A DNA stretch of 64,000 bases from an uncultured bacterium (GCA_963786935.1 CAWBAN010000001.1:1152001-1216000); one strand, 5' to 3'; positions 10,601 to 19,646 are shown, counted from the stretch's first letter. The notes: generated by a model not told the origin, from the sequence alone. Translations and numbers: made by a program.

Positions 10601-13600
10601 TGACTCTGCCCCTTCGAGACGGTGGCGGGACTCAGGGAACCGGGAACGTACGCGATGGAAGCCGCCGACTGCACGAAAATCGGCGCGACGTTCGGATAGG
10701 CGGTCACATCCTGGACGGACGAACCGTTCACCGCGGCGGTCACGGCGGCGTCGATCGTGTCGGCGCCGAGCGGAGAGTTCGCGAGCACATACATGCTCCG
10801 GCGATACGTGCGTTCGGATCCCGCCGGAAGACCGTCGGGGAGCGGCGGATTCCAGGATCCGGTCGCCGCGAAATAGCCGTGCTCGAACGAGGGAACGATT
10901 TCCGTCACGTTCACGGTCGAACCGCCGCCGTTCTTGAGCCGCACGTCGACCGCGAAGGTGTCTCCCCTGCTGACGATCGAAGGCGCGGTGACCCGCACGA
11001 TGTCGATGTTGGATATGGAAACGCTGTTCGAGCCGGCGTTGAATTCCGTTTGGTACGGGGCGCCGTGCGCATCGCTTCCGACGATCTTCACGCGCGGCGT
11101 GTATGTGCCGCCGAGCATGCCGGCGGGAACGATCACGGCAACGAAATCGAGCGTATCGACGACCGATCCGGCCAACGCGACCGGCGCGGGCAGATGCGCT
11201 TCGTAGACATTCGAGGCGCTGTCGGCGAAGGAGATCGAGGTCTGCGTCGTCAGGGTCAATCCCGTCGTGCTGCCGTTCGCGACCGAGCACCTGAAGGCCG
11301 CGGCCTGCGTCGGAATGAGGTGGCGCGGCGTGAGATATCCGGCGTATGTGCACGCCGGCGGCGGCGCGAACGTAACCGCCGCGATGCCGCTTGCGCTCCC
11401 CGTGAGGCTCTGGAACTGCACCTGGGAGACTCCCGGCGTCGTGCCCGATCTGACGAAGACGGACACCGCGCCGCTCGCCTCGGTCTGCCGCTCGACGGTC
11501 AGGGGCGTCGAGGGATCCTTGTCCTCGCTTCCAATGGATCCGATGCTCGGCGTCACGCGCACGAGGGTTCCCGAGGACACGACGTTGCCGTACACATCCC
11601 GGATCGGATTCGTGGTGATGGTGGAAATGCTCGCGCCGTTCGCCGTGATCGTGCCGGGAGCGATCGATTGGAACGCGATGGCGCCGCTCGGCGCCGCCGG
11701 CATCACGGTGATCGTGTCGCTCACGCTGAGCGCTCCGCCGCCGAGCGTTTGCGCCCGCAGCGCGATCTTTTCGGCCACGTTGTCGTATGCGGTAAGCGAC
11801 GCGCGGCCCTTCGTCAGCGTCACCGGATTGATTGAAAATACCGCCGCCCCGCCGCTCGCGAGAACGACGCGGCTCGTGTCGTCGTCAACCGCCTCGTTGC
11901 CGTCGAGATCGTAGGCGATGAGCTGGAGCGAGAAGCTTTGGCCGGCCGTTTTCAGGTATCCGTCGGGCAGAACGTCGAACCGGGCGATCGTACCGGCGGC
12001 CGTTCCGACGGAGAACACCACGCGCTCGAGCGCCGGCGGATTCGCGTCGAGGATCGAGGCGGAGACGGTATTGGTTCCTGCATGGGTATCGGTCGTGAGG
12101 CTGCAGACGGCGGCGCCCGTCGCGTCGGTCAGAACGAGCCCGTCTCCCGGCGCTCCCGTGCCGTCCCAGAGGCTCGGGCTTCCTCCGAGGCTGCTCGTGA
12201 TGACGAAGCGGACGATCTCCGAGGAAACCGCGTTTCCGTACTGGTCGCTCACGCGCGCCTTGAGACCGGCCTTCGATCCGACCGGGACGCCGAGCGTGTC
12301 TCCCCGCACCTCGACGATCCGGTACGCCGGCGCGGGATGGATCGTCAGCGGGCCGCTCCAATCCGAAAGGCTGTCCCCCGCGAGCGACAGCACCCGGATA
12401 CGGTTCACGCCGGCCGAAGTGTCGGATGCGGAGAACGACGAACGCCCCGCCGCCAGGGTCATCACGCCGGGGACGAAGGTCATCGACGTTTTCCGCGCGA
12501 CGCAGCGCAGCTGCGAGCTCGAATCGGTATCGATCAGATTGCCGTAGCGATCGTACGCGGCGATCGTTCCCGCGAACGGCTGCCCGGCCTGAAACGTCGT
12601 TCCCGCAAGCCCGAGGACGACCGAAGCGATCGCGCTTTCCGGCACCGTCGATACGGTGAAGCCCTGCGTCTCGAGCTCCTCGGGGATCGCGTCGAGGATC
12701 GACGCGCGAGCGCGGTTCGCGCCGCGGATCGTATCCGTTCTGAACCAGAGCGAAACGGCGCCGCTCGCGTCCGTGAGCGCCTGCGGCGCTTCGAGGTGTC
12801 CGTTTCCCTCCTGGATCGCGAAATAGACGGCGTGGGCGTCCACCGCGTTCCCGTGGATATCGAAAACGCGGGCGCGGAGACGCACGGAATCGCCGACCTG
12901 CACGCCGGCGCTGTCCCCGCCGATCTTCACCAATCGGTAGGCGGCCGCGTTATCGACGGCGATGACGCCGCTGTAGCCTTTGATCGCGTTCGCGGCGCTC
13001 GTCACCTCGACGCGTATCGGCTCGGCGACGTTGTACCTGAAGCTGCTCCCCGTATACAGCCCGTTGACGAGGCTCCCGCTCGAAACCGAGAGCGTTCCCG
13101 AGGCGGCGAGCGAGCTGTCCGCGGCCTGCACGGCCCTGAAATTGATCGCATACCCCGCCGTCGTCGCCCGGTTGCCGAAACGATCCCGCGCTTCGGCTGA
13201 AACGGCGAAATCGGCGCCCGCGGTCGCGCCGGCCGGCGCGATGACGGCGTACGAGCTCACCGTGTCGTTCGGCGCGATCGTAACGTCGAACTGATCGGGG
13301 GACAGAATCGTCGCGTTGTCCCTGACGGAGATTTGCCAGACCCCCGTCTTCGTTCCCCTCCCGTACAGCGTGACGGCGCCCGCGGCGAGATCCGCCTGCG
13401 TGACCGGCGCGCCGAAATCGGTGAGGCTGAACGTGAATCCCCCGCCCGGCGGCGGTTCGAGGATGACGCGGCTCGTGTTCGTGAGATCCCGGTTCCCGTT
13501 GCCGTCGACCGCCTCCACCCTGAACATGAAGCTCACGCCCGCCTGCGAAGTCCGCCCCGAGACCACCGTGGCGCTGAGATCGGTGGCGCCGCTCGCGACG

Positions 13601-16600
13601 GTCGTGTAGACTGCGTCGACGACGTTCGCCGCGGGGACGAGGTTATGATACGCGTCGATGGCGTCGGAGAGGCCGGCCGCCGCCGGCGCGTTGTATGTCA
13701 CCGAAACCGTTCCGGCTGCGCCGCTCACGCCCATGCGGGCCGAGGGGCTGAGAGAATCGGTGGTGCTTCCCGCGGCCCGGCTCAGATGCCCGTCGAGGTA
13801 ATCCTTGATGTAAATGGTGACGTATTCGTTCGCTGCCGTGTTGCCGTATGCGTCACGCAGCGTCGCCGTCACGACGGTGGGCGAATTGACCGTCACCGAT
13901 TTGCTCGCCGGCGCGAGAACGATCGAGCTGACCGGCCCGCGGTCCGCCGTCGCCGTGAACAGCAGCGAGCGCGTCGTGCCGGTCGGCATCGTCGCCGTTA
14001 TCGAATCGGACGCGGCGGCACTCGCCGTTCCGAGCCGCCAGAGCTCTCCGGAAGCGCTTCCCGCGGCGTTCGTCGTCGAGGAGGTCTGCTGCCCCGGCGT
14101 CGAACGGCTCGCGTCGAAATAGCCCCCGGCGCTCTCGATCGCCCAGCTCACCGTCACGCCGGGGACCGCGTTCCCAAACGCATCCTCGACGCGGACGACG
14201 AGCGGGGATGCGACTTCCTGGTTGACGACCGCGTGCTGAGCGTCGCCGCTCGTGATCGCGATGCGGTCGGCAGCGGCGTGATTCACCGCCAGCGGCGCCG
14301 CTGAGGACGAAAGCACGGAGCCGCTCGAGGCGTAGATCGTTATCGATTCGACCTTCGTATCGGTGATGCGAAGCTCCGCGTCGCCCAGATCCGCCGGCAC
14401 GAATTGATAAAGGATCGTATCCCCCGACTCCGATAGAATCGATCCCGCGGCGCTTCCGATTCCCCAGGTGATGAAATCCCCCGGGATCGTGGAATTCGTA
14501 TAGACCTTGGCGATGCCGCTGAAATCGACGATCCTGTTGTTCTGGCTGTCGCGCGCGTCGATCGTGACCGGCGAAGCGAATCCCGCGGTCGTCGAGCCGG
14601 CATGCGTGACAACGAAATGATGGAGGACGCCTGAAACGAAGCTCACGCCGACCGTCTTCGTGATGCCCGATCCGCCGGCTGTCGCGCTTATCGTCTTTGC
14701 CTGCGCCACGGTCGATTTCAAGCTGCCCACGGCGATGCCGTTCGCGTCGGTGACCCCCGCCGGCTGCGTGATGACATTTCCGCTGCCTGTCGCATCGATG
14801 GCGACGATCCTTCCCGGGATACCGTTCCCCTGCCCGTCCCGCACGATCACCGTCACCGCCACCGCATCCACCCCGTCCGCCGTCGCCGTCGTCTTGTCCA
14901 CCTGAACGTCCGACGCCGTGGCGCTGAAAGCCCCCGGCACGAACGTTACGTTCCGCGTATTCGTGACGAGAACGCCGCCTACCCGCGCGCTCACCGTCTT
15001 CAGCTCAGCCTTCGTCGAACGCACCGATCCCGTCGCCACTCCATTGGCCCCCGTCACCCCTACCGGCTGCGTGATCGTGTTCGACGTTCCCGTCGCCTCG
15101 ATCGTCACCGCCGCTCCCGCTATCGGGTTCCCCTGTCCGTCCCGCACGGTCACCGTCACCCCCACCGCATCCACCCCGTCCGCCGTCGCCGTCGTCTTGT
15201 CCACCTGAACGTCCGACGCCGAGGCGCTGAAGCCCCCCGGAATGAACGTCACATTTTCCGTATTCGTGACGAGAACGCCGCCTACCCGCGCGCTCACCGT
15301 CTTCAGCTCTGCCTTCGTCGAGCGCACCGATCCCGTCGCCACTCCATTGGCCCCCGTCACCCCTACCGGCTGCGTGATCGTGTTCGACGTTCCCGTCGCC
15401 TCGATCGTCACCGCGGCCCCCGCTATCGGGTTCCCCTGTCCGTCCCGCACGGTCACCGTCACCCCCACCGCATCCACCCCGTCCGCCGTCGCCGTCGTCT
15501 TGTCCACCTGAACGTCCGACGCCGTGGCGCTGAAGCCCCCCGGAACGAACGTCACGCTCTGCGTCGTCGTAATGAGCGTCCCGCCCACCCGCGCGCTCAC
15601 CGTCTTCAGCTCTGCCTTCGTCGAGCGCAGCTTCCCGACCAACCGGCCGTCCGCCCCCGTCACGCCTGACGAGGGAACGATCGTATTCAACGTGCCCGTC
15701 ACTTCGAACGATACCGCGCTGCCGGGTATCGGGTTCCCCTGCGCATCGGTCACAAGAGCCGTCACCGTCACCGAGTCGATCCCATTGGCCGTCGCCGTCG
15801 TCTTGTCCACCTGAACGTCCGACGCCGTGGCGCTGAAAGCCCCCGGCACGAACGTCACGTTTTCCGTATTCGTGACGAGAACGCCGCCTACCCGCGCGCT
15901 CACCGTCTTCAGCTCCGCCTTCGTCGAGCGCACCGATCCCGTCGCCACTCCATTGGCCCCCGTCACCCCTACCGGCTGCGTGATCGTGTTCGACGTTCCC
16001 GTCGCCTCGATCGTCACCGCGGCCCCCGCTATCGGGTTCCCCTGCCCGTCCCGCACGGTCACCGTCACCCCCACCGCATCCACCCCGTCCGCCGTCGCCG
16101 TCGTCTTGTCCACCTGAACGTCCGACGCCGTGGCGCTGAAAGCCCCCGGCATGAACGTCACGTTTTCCGTATTCGTGACGAGAACGCCGCCCACGCGCGC
16201 GCTCACCGTCTTCAGCTCCGCCTTCGTCGAGCGAAGCTTCCCGACCAACCGGCCGTCCGCTCCAGTCACGCCGGAAACCGGCGCGATCGTATTCAACGTG
16301 CCCGTCACTTCGAACGATACCGCGCTGCCGGGTATCGGGTTCCCCTGCGCGTCGGTCACGAGCGCCGTCACCGTCACCGAGTCGATCCCATTGGCCGTCG
16401 CCGTCGTCTTGTCCACCTGAACGTCCGACACCGAGGCGTTGAAGCCCCCCGGCACGAACGTCACGTTTTCCGTATTCGTGACGAGAACGCCGCCTACCCG
16501 CGCGCTCACCGTCTTCAGCTCTGCCTTCGTCGAGCGAAGCTTCCCGACCAACCGGCCGTCCGCCCCCGTCACTCCCGACGACGGCGTGATCGTGTTCGAC

Positions 16601-19470
16601 GTCCCGGTCGCTTCCAACGTGACGAAGCTCCCCGATATCGGGTTCCCCTGCGCGTCGGTCACGAGCGCCGTCACCGTCACCGAGTCGATCCCATTGGCCG
16701 TCGCCGTCGTTTTATCCACCTGAACGTCCGACACCGAGGCGTTGAAGCCCCCCGGCACGAACGTCACGTTTTCCGTATTCGTGACGAGAACGCCGCCTAC
16801 CCGCGCGCTCACCGTCTTCAGCTCTGCCTTCGTCGAGCGCACCGATCCCGTCGCCACTCCATTGGCCCCCGTCACCCCTACCGGCTGCGTGATCGTGTTC
16901 GACGTTCCCGTCGCCTCGATCGTCACCGCGGCCCCCGCTATCGGGTTCCCCTGTCCGTCCCGCACGGTCACCGTCACCCCCACCGCATCCACCCCGTCCG
17001 CCGTCGCCGTCGTCTTGTCCACCTGAACGTCCGACGCCGTGGCGCTGAAGCCCCCCGGAACGAACGTCACGCTCTGCGTCGTCGTAATGAGCGTCCCGCC
17101 CACCCGCGCGCTCACCGTCTTCAGCTCTGCCTTCGTCGAGCGGAGCTTCCCGACCAACCGGCCGTCCGCTCCCGTCACTCCCGACGACGGCATGATCGTG
17201 TTCGACGTCCCGGTCGCTTCCAACGTGATGAAGCTTCCCGATATCGGGTTCCCCTGCGCATCGGTCACAAGAGCCGTCACCGTCACCGAGTCGATCCCAT
17301 TGGCCGTGGCCGTCGTCTTGTCCACCTGAACGTCCGACGCCGTGGCGCTGAAAGCCCCCGGCACGAACGTCACGTTTTCCGTATTCGTGACGAGAACGCC
17401 GCCCACGCGCGCGCTCACCGTCTTCAGCTCAGCCTTCGTCGAGCGAAGCTTCCCGACCAACCGGCCGTCCGCTCCAGTCACGCCGGAAGCCGGCGCTATC
17501 GTATTCAACGTGCCCGTCACTTCGAACGACACCGCGCTGCCGGGTATCGGGTTCCCCTGCGCATCGGTCACAAGAGCCGTCACCGTCACCGAGTCGATCC
17601 CATTGGCCGTGGCCGTCGTTTTGTCCACCTGAACGTCCGACGCCGTGGCGCTGAAAGCCCCCGGTACGAACGTTACGTTCCGCGTATTCGTGACGAGAAC
17701 GCCGCCCACCCGCGCGCTCACCGTCTTCAGCTCCGCCTTCGTCGAGCGAAGCTTCCCGACCAACCGGCCGTCCGCTCCCGTCACGCCTGACGAGGGAACG
17801 ATCGTATTCAACGTACCCGTCACTTCGAACGATACCGCGCTGCCGGGTATCGGGTTCCCCTGCGCATCGGTCACAAGAGCCGTCACCGTCACCGAGTCGG
17901 TACCGTCCGACGCCGCCGTTATCTTGTCCACGCCGACATCGGATACGGCCGGAGAGAAGGGACCGGGCGTAAAGGTCACCGCCGAGGAGGGCACGATAGG
18001 AATTCCGTCGATCGTGGCCGTCAGCGTTTTCCCCTCGGCTTTCGTCGACTTGATGCTTCCGGCCGCCGATCCCGTGCCGCCCGTAACGCCCGACGGCTGC
18101 CGCAGGATGTTGCCCGAGCCGGTTGACGAAATGACGACGATGCTTCCGTCGACGCCGTTGTAGAATTCGTCCTTCGCGCGCACGGTGATCCGTATGGAAT
18201 CGACGCCGTTCGCTATCGCCGTCGTCGTAAGGACCATAATCTCGGATGTGGCGGGATCCAGAGAAGCGTTGTCGATATAGATCAGCGCCGACGCCGACTC
18301 GAGCGTCGGAGGCACACCGTTCGCGTCGAGAAACGCGAGGAAATACGCATTCTCGACGTCCTTGCTCGTGTTGCGGTAGTCCAGAAACACGTGGTCGGAT
18401 CCGCTCGGGATCACGATTGCGGAGATCGGCGTCGCATGGTTGGATGTCGTGTAAAAGCTCCCCGGCTGGCCGAGAAGCGTGATCGCCTGATCGGCGGAGA
18501 TCGGGCTCGCATTTCCGAACGCATCCTCGACCGAGAGCCGGTACCGCGCAAAATCCCCCGCGGTTGCGGTCGTGTCCCCGGGAGATATCATGAGGCTGAA
18601 CGGCGCCGCCGGTTCAATAGTGACCGCCTGCTGGGCATCCGTCCAGGATTGACCCGACGCGGAGGCGGTGATCGTCTTTTCTCCGGCGACCGAATCCCGA
18701 TAGTAGAACGAAACCGTATCGAGCCCCGATGCGATGACGACGACGCTCGTCTCGATGAAATTCGACCCGCCCAGAAGCGAGAACCGCCCGCTCCCCGCAG
18801 TCGATTCGAGCGCGATATCCTGATTGCTCGTTACCTGCGCGGGATTGCCGTACTGATCCTCCGCGCGCACCCTGATCACGGCGCTTTCGCCGTCCGCGGC
18901 GAACGACTGCGGCGCGGTCAGGAACGAGAGCCGCGCGATGTCGGCGGCGATAACGTTGAGAGTCGGCGAAGCCGCAATAGGGGAATTCCCGTAGCCGCCC
19001 GGATCCGATCGCACGGTGAACTGAACACCGCTCTCGACGACGGTCTGAGCGGCGGCGCGGCCTCCGGGATCGACCGATCCATCTCCGTACACGATGTCGA
19101 TCGTTTGGCCGGGGTCAAGCGTATCGACGGAGATCGTGATCGTCCTGCCGGCAATCGAGATCGCGGGTGCGCCGAGCGCTCCTTCGCTCAAAACGGTTAC
19201 ATAGCCGGCGGAGAATCCATCGGTATCCTGCGGCCCGGTCCAGCCGTCCGGAATCACCAGCGAGACCGTCCCCGACGAGAACGGCTCGGCGGCCGTATAA
19301 CGGACGGTCCACGTGTCGAGTCTTCCGGCCGCGACATCGCTCGCGGGACTGACCGAGGCCGTCCCAGAGCCTCCCGCCGCGAGCGCCGCGCCGGCGTTGA
19401 GCAGCATGAAAACGCCGAGGCTCACGGCGAGCGCGCGGCTTCGCGCGGAGTACAGGACCTTAGGCTTCAT
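4612..19470 (-). CDS. Giant secreted Ig-repeat surface protein or adhesin (~4,950 aa) with invasin-type Big_1 repeats and a C-terminal FlgD/T9SS-like sorting domain
   Basis: ORF 4612..19476, likely ATG at 19470. Signal peptide, repeated TATA(N/D)G..VTV.V.D.QGNP motifs, C-terminus YPNPF...IKIYDLAGHLV...WNGRNDRGELVRNGVY...KIAVAK. Confidence 0.92.
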   Translation of the reverse strand: MKPKVLYSARSRALAVSLGVFMLLNAGAALAAGGSGTASVSPASDVAAGRLDTWTVRYTAAEPFSSGTVSLVIPDGWTGPQDTDGFSAGYVTVLSEGALGAPAISIAGRTITISVDTLDPGQTIDIVYGDGSVDPGGRAAAQTVVESGVQFTVRSDPGGYGNSPIAASPTLNVIAADIARLSFLTAPQSFAADGESAVIRVRAEDQYGNPAQVTSNQDIALESTAGSGRFSLLGGSNFIETSVVVIASGLDTVSFYYRDSVAGEKTITASASGQSWTDAQQAVTIEPAAPFSLMISPGDTTATAGDFARYRLSVEDAFGNASPISADQAITLLGQPGSFYTTSNHATPISAIVIPSGSDHVFLDYRNTSKDVENAYFLAFLDANGVPPTLESASALIYIDNASLDPATSEIMVLTTTAIANGVDSIRITVRAKDEFYNGVDGSIVVISSTGSGNILRQPSGVTGGTGSAAGSIKSTKAEGKTLTATIDGIPIVPSSAVTFTPGPFSPAVSDVGVDKITAASDGTDSVTVTALVTDAQGNPIPGSAVSFEVTGTLNTIVPSSGVTGADGRLVGKLRSTKAELKTVSARVGGVLVTNTRNVTFVPGAFSATASDVQVDKTTATANGIDSVTVTALVTDAQGNPIPGSAVSFEVTGTLNTIAPASGVTGADGRLVGKLRSTKAELKTVSARVGGVLVTNTENVTFVPGAFSATASDVQVDKTTATANGIDSVTVTALVTDAQGNPISGSFITLEATGTSNTIMPSSGVTGADGRLVGKLRSTKAELKTVSARVGGTLITTTQSVTFVPGGFSATASDVQVDKTTATADGVDAVGVTVTVRDGQGNPIAGAAVTIEATGTSNTITQPVGVTGANGVATGSVRSTKAELKTVSARVGGVLVTNTENVTFVPGGFNASVSDVQVDKTTATANGIDSVTVTALVTDAQGNPISGSFVTLEATGTSNTITPSSGVTGADGRLVGKLRSTKAELKTVSARVGGVLVTNTENVTFVPGGFNASVSDVQVDKTTATANGIDSVTVTALVTDAQGNPIPGSAVSFEVTGTLNTIAPVSGVTGADGRLVGKLRSTKAELKTVSARVGGVLVTNTENVTFMPGAFSATASDVQVDKTTATADGVDAVGVTVTVRDGQGNPIAGAAVTIEATGTSNTITQPVGVTGANGVATGSVRSTKAELKTVSARVGGVLVTNTENVTFVPGAFSATASDVQVDKTTATANGIDSVTVTALVTDAQGNPIPGSAVSFEVTGTLNTIVPSSGVTGADGRLVGKLRSTKAELKTVSARVGGTLITTTQSVTFVPGGFSATASDVQVDKTTATADGVDAVGVTVTVRDGQGNPIAGAAVTIEATGTSNTITQPVGVTGANGVATGSVRSTKAELKTVSARVGGVLVTNTENVTFIPGGFSASASDVQVDKTTATADGVDAVGVTVTVRDGQGNPIAGAAVTIEATGTSNTITQPVGVTGANGVATGSVRSTKAELKTVSARVGGVLVTNTRNVTFVPGAFSATASDVQVDKTTATADGVDAVAVTVIVRDGQGNGIPGRIVAIDATGSGNVITQPAGVTDANGIAVGSLKSTVAQAKTISATAGGSGITKTVGVSFVSGVLHHFVVTHAGSTTAGFASPVTIDARDSQNNRIVDFSGIAKVYTNSTIPGDFITWGIGSAAGSILSESGDTILYQFVPADLGDAELRITDTKVESITIYASSGSVLSSSAAPLAVNHAAADRIAITSGDAQHAVVNQEVASPLVVRVEDAFGNAVPGVTVSWAIESAGGYFDASRSTPGQQTSSTTNAAGSASGELWRLGTASAAASDSITATMPTGTTRSLLFTATADRGPVSSIVLAPASKSVTVNSPTVVTATLRDAYGNTAANEYVTIYIKDYLDGHLSRAAGSTTDSLSPSARMGVSGAAGTVSVTYNAPAAAGLSDAIDAYHNLVPAANVVDAVYTTVASGATDLSATVVSGRTSQAGVSFMFRVEAVDGNGNRDLTNTSRVILEPPPGGGFTFSLTDFGAPVTQADLAAGAVTLYGRGTKTGVWQISVRDNATILSPDQFDVTIAPNDTVSSYAVIAPAGATAGADFAVSAEARDRFGNRATTAGYAINFRAVQAADSSLAASGTLSVSSGSLVNGLYTGSSFRYNVAEPIRVEVTSAANAIKGYSGVIAVDNAAAYRLVKIGGDSAGVQVGDSVRLRARVFDIHGNAVDAHAVYFAIQEGNGHLEAPQALTDASGAVSLWFRTDTIRGANRARASILDAIPEELETQGFTVSTVPESAIASVVLGLAGTTFQAGQPFAGTIAAYDRYGNLIDTDSSSQLRCVARKTSMTFVPGVMTLAAGRSSFSASDTSAGVNRIRVLSLAGDSLSDWSGPLTIHPAPAYRIVEVRGDTLGVPVGSKAGLKARVSDQYGNAVSSEIVRFVITSSLGGSPSLWDGTGAPGDGLVLTDATGAAVCSLTTDTHAGTNTVSASILDANPPALERVVFSVGTAAGTIARFDVLPDGYLKTAGQSFSLQLIAYDLDGNEAVDDDTSRVVLASGGAAVFSINPVTLTKGRASLTAYDNVAEKIALRAQTLGGGALSVSDTITVMPAAPSGAIAFQSIAPGTITANGASISTITTNPIRDVYGNVVSSGTLVRVTPSIGSIGSEDKDPSTPLTVERQTEASGAVSVFVRSGTTPGVSQVQFQSLTGSASGIAAVTFAPPPACTYAGYLTPRHLIPTQAAAFRCSVANGSTTGLTLTTQTSISFADSASNVYEAHLPAPVALAGSVVDTLDFVAVIVPAGMLGGTYTPRVKIVGSDAHGAPYQTEFNAGSNSVSISNIDIVRVTAPSIVSRGDTFAVDVRLKNGGGSTVNVTEIVPSFEHGYFAATGSWNPPLPDGLPAGSERTYRRSMYVLANSPLGADTIDAAVTAAVNGSSVQDVTAYPNVAPIFVQSAASIAYVPGSLSPATVSKGQSHLFSISLANGGQASVILDGALTRLTFTDGVSPVIVALGSTGALPGNTTTPIVFPSAGIPAGMASGSYPVSVLLAGTENGTPFADTLVLGNPVHVVQPAQLAYHAGSITPTPVSKRSSVAFAVGVDNTGGAAVECDPDSTWITFASGPVVYLARLDGSRGRTVVPGSNTLYFQAVVVPDAMPTGSYQPAVRVKGTENGLTFSTVLAPAGLVAVQNPPQLAISSTKVVPSDSITADQTAPWFASIRVDNNGGATVQLDSLALRLYAGSQLVSGECVLTPLNFQAHVDSLRGGEGKDILVRFNDNPAGSMTTGTIVIESAVWGRDRNSGVTLVATTELGGKGSYLVQTPANVVFASIIASADTVTALQTRNWSTDVVVRNTGQSDVRLDLDPAKSFITFSTSADFAVVFPTGLAGGGNVLEGGSTDTLRYAIDRTGSVPGLCRVEAAVSGVEINSGRALSIASGASGIRDNVLVQTPAAIAITGFTPLQNPVTVAQERDWAIDMSVSNSGQSDVTLLLDRIDSTWVALPGGSGFSIENPAIVAGDGRTLHGGSSGILRFVVRTTGSIPPGPRVLEGLLLASEINSGRALHASMPAASSADSVTFQLRPDPRYEAASLTPTVVSSGTGVSFELAVTSDNALRSTLMLDPPAVTMSFGDADGDTFRSTLSPVSDNELARGGETVLLFNTGTVDASIARGKHAVVLHLEGAENGNPFEADIPVFPDSVVVEEAPQLAINRIVVPQSATASQTAPWPVRMILRNNGEASVAVDFSVLQTFITFTIVGLGDRTYEYEISRPDHLEGSLTDTLAGGSIDSLIFTVTRTGSTGGLALVNGRVAGLDVNSGLTLVDDTYSGGWSHVAIETPGIPAITAAVPSRAAVTSAQTTPWQLTLTVCNNGEADLALVLDSAYVFYDGRVPLSHAAPIGFVEGGLVLEGGSCKHLVFAVSPAPGIPGGADIALHAHAGFVELNSAVYSAFDTRQAGSGSGAVRVQAPARIRIAQTVNQAPRSPYVNYYQQFGVSYEVINDGEARADSIRLALEKSGSSQIIDTLLVIDGLSGGSSASGAFAIAAGAASGSETFRARLRGAVDANSREAGLVVLEPALDDTAAAVVQRPAALTVASVRPSQREVNAGQDADWAVSVSFTNGGEAPLALDAPGAGDLAFSLFGSRRFDYLVIAPDTLGSGPGLLAVPGGGADSLIYRIAATGVDTGTIAIDAGLAWGDLNDPLRDPAPAAGFGSVHVKAPSGLRIISVASDAPNNALFPNTSVVDTGQVFNVIVRVENTGGDDLDSVSVNLVSNGASRAAVVGDGFVSVASGSERDFVFSVTAAPAPGNEALSASIVYAVSVNTGERVYPAQAAESTENLRIELPALLACGLAITAPAGALDGILSTGQIFTVTAAVANEGQALVDTTGEVTLALPPAVLLANPGEPLAKRLGGLGEVSWRLVAPAIPSLDTVRARISGIPVAVNTGAPAAARVVESAAPLRTEESARLTGCAISIAAPQGAVDGTLSTEQNFLARAVLTPPANADSVWVELSVPVGFSVTGDRVRLIGAGTGAQQTIDWITKAPVGRVVADTLVVRAGGKDINSGIAIATCRVVFAVHVETKPSLAVAAAISGPPEALDGSVSVSLPFTIEASAAKSGDAAIDTAGARMELVLPAGQGYALDGAQEHFRKPFYPGRSVAWNVRAPGAPTSPGNIEVRLIEPYATDVNTNAACEISTGAAFIPVQTEAGAVLMSNISRGDSIPPFVVPQGARNVPLLRIVLTNASGFTVGLDTLFVTIEDGRGNSVADPSRIADSIAIAVNGAAFGAAVAGVNPVPIVVAHGFTLAPGTSDTLLLEGDIGARASGSIAFEIERSASVVVSISDSGARIGVSLDLDGGDIAGNFLTGPLSIMSSQFDEYAHNYPNPFRAGSESTKICYFLKKNSAVAIKIYDLAGHLVWTRNFGAGDAEAAGSAEGAYHEIPWNGRNDRGELVRNGVYMCKVEAGSQSALFKIAVAK
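14820..17930 (-). repeat. Intragenic tandem repeat, 303-bp unit (101 aa), ten near-identical copies plus diverged flanking units
   Basis: Antisense ORF ends recur at exact 303-bp spacing (14905, 15208, ... 17632). STKAELKTVSARVGG is present in all ten units. Confidence 0.97.
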
Positions 19471-19528
19471 AAGCACGTTCCCGTTTATCCTGCATCGAAG
19501 AAGAAAAATAATCGACGCGGGGCACCGC

Positions 19529-19544
19529 GCAAGCTATGTGCCAA
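19529..19544 (-). promoter_or_regulatory. Putative sigma54 (-24/-12) promoter of the giant-protein operon
   Basis: Minus strand TTGGCACATAGCTTGC, i.e. GG-N10-GC matching TGGCAC-N5-TTGC, about 60 bp upstream of the ATG. Confidence 0.7.
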
Positions 19545-19646
19545 GAGCAGCCGTCAACCGGCGCTCCCCGCAGAAAATTTCCTCGCGATGACGACGAGGG
19601 CTGGGCCCGATGATCGCCATTGCGAAGCTCATTCGAACAAATATCT

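Noticed and set aside
14660..18163. Array of ~96-aa plus-strand ORFs at 303-bp spacing, or a possible CRISPR-like array
   Set aside because: These are the antisense read of the Big_1 repeats. There are no unique spacers and no cas genes.
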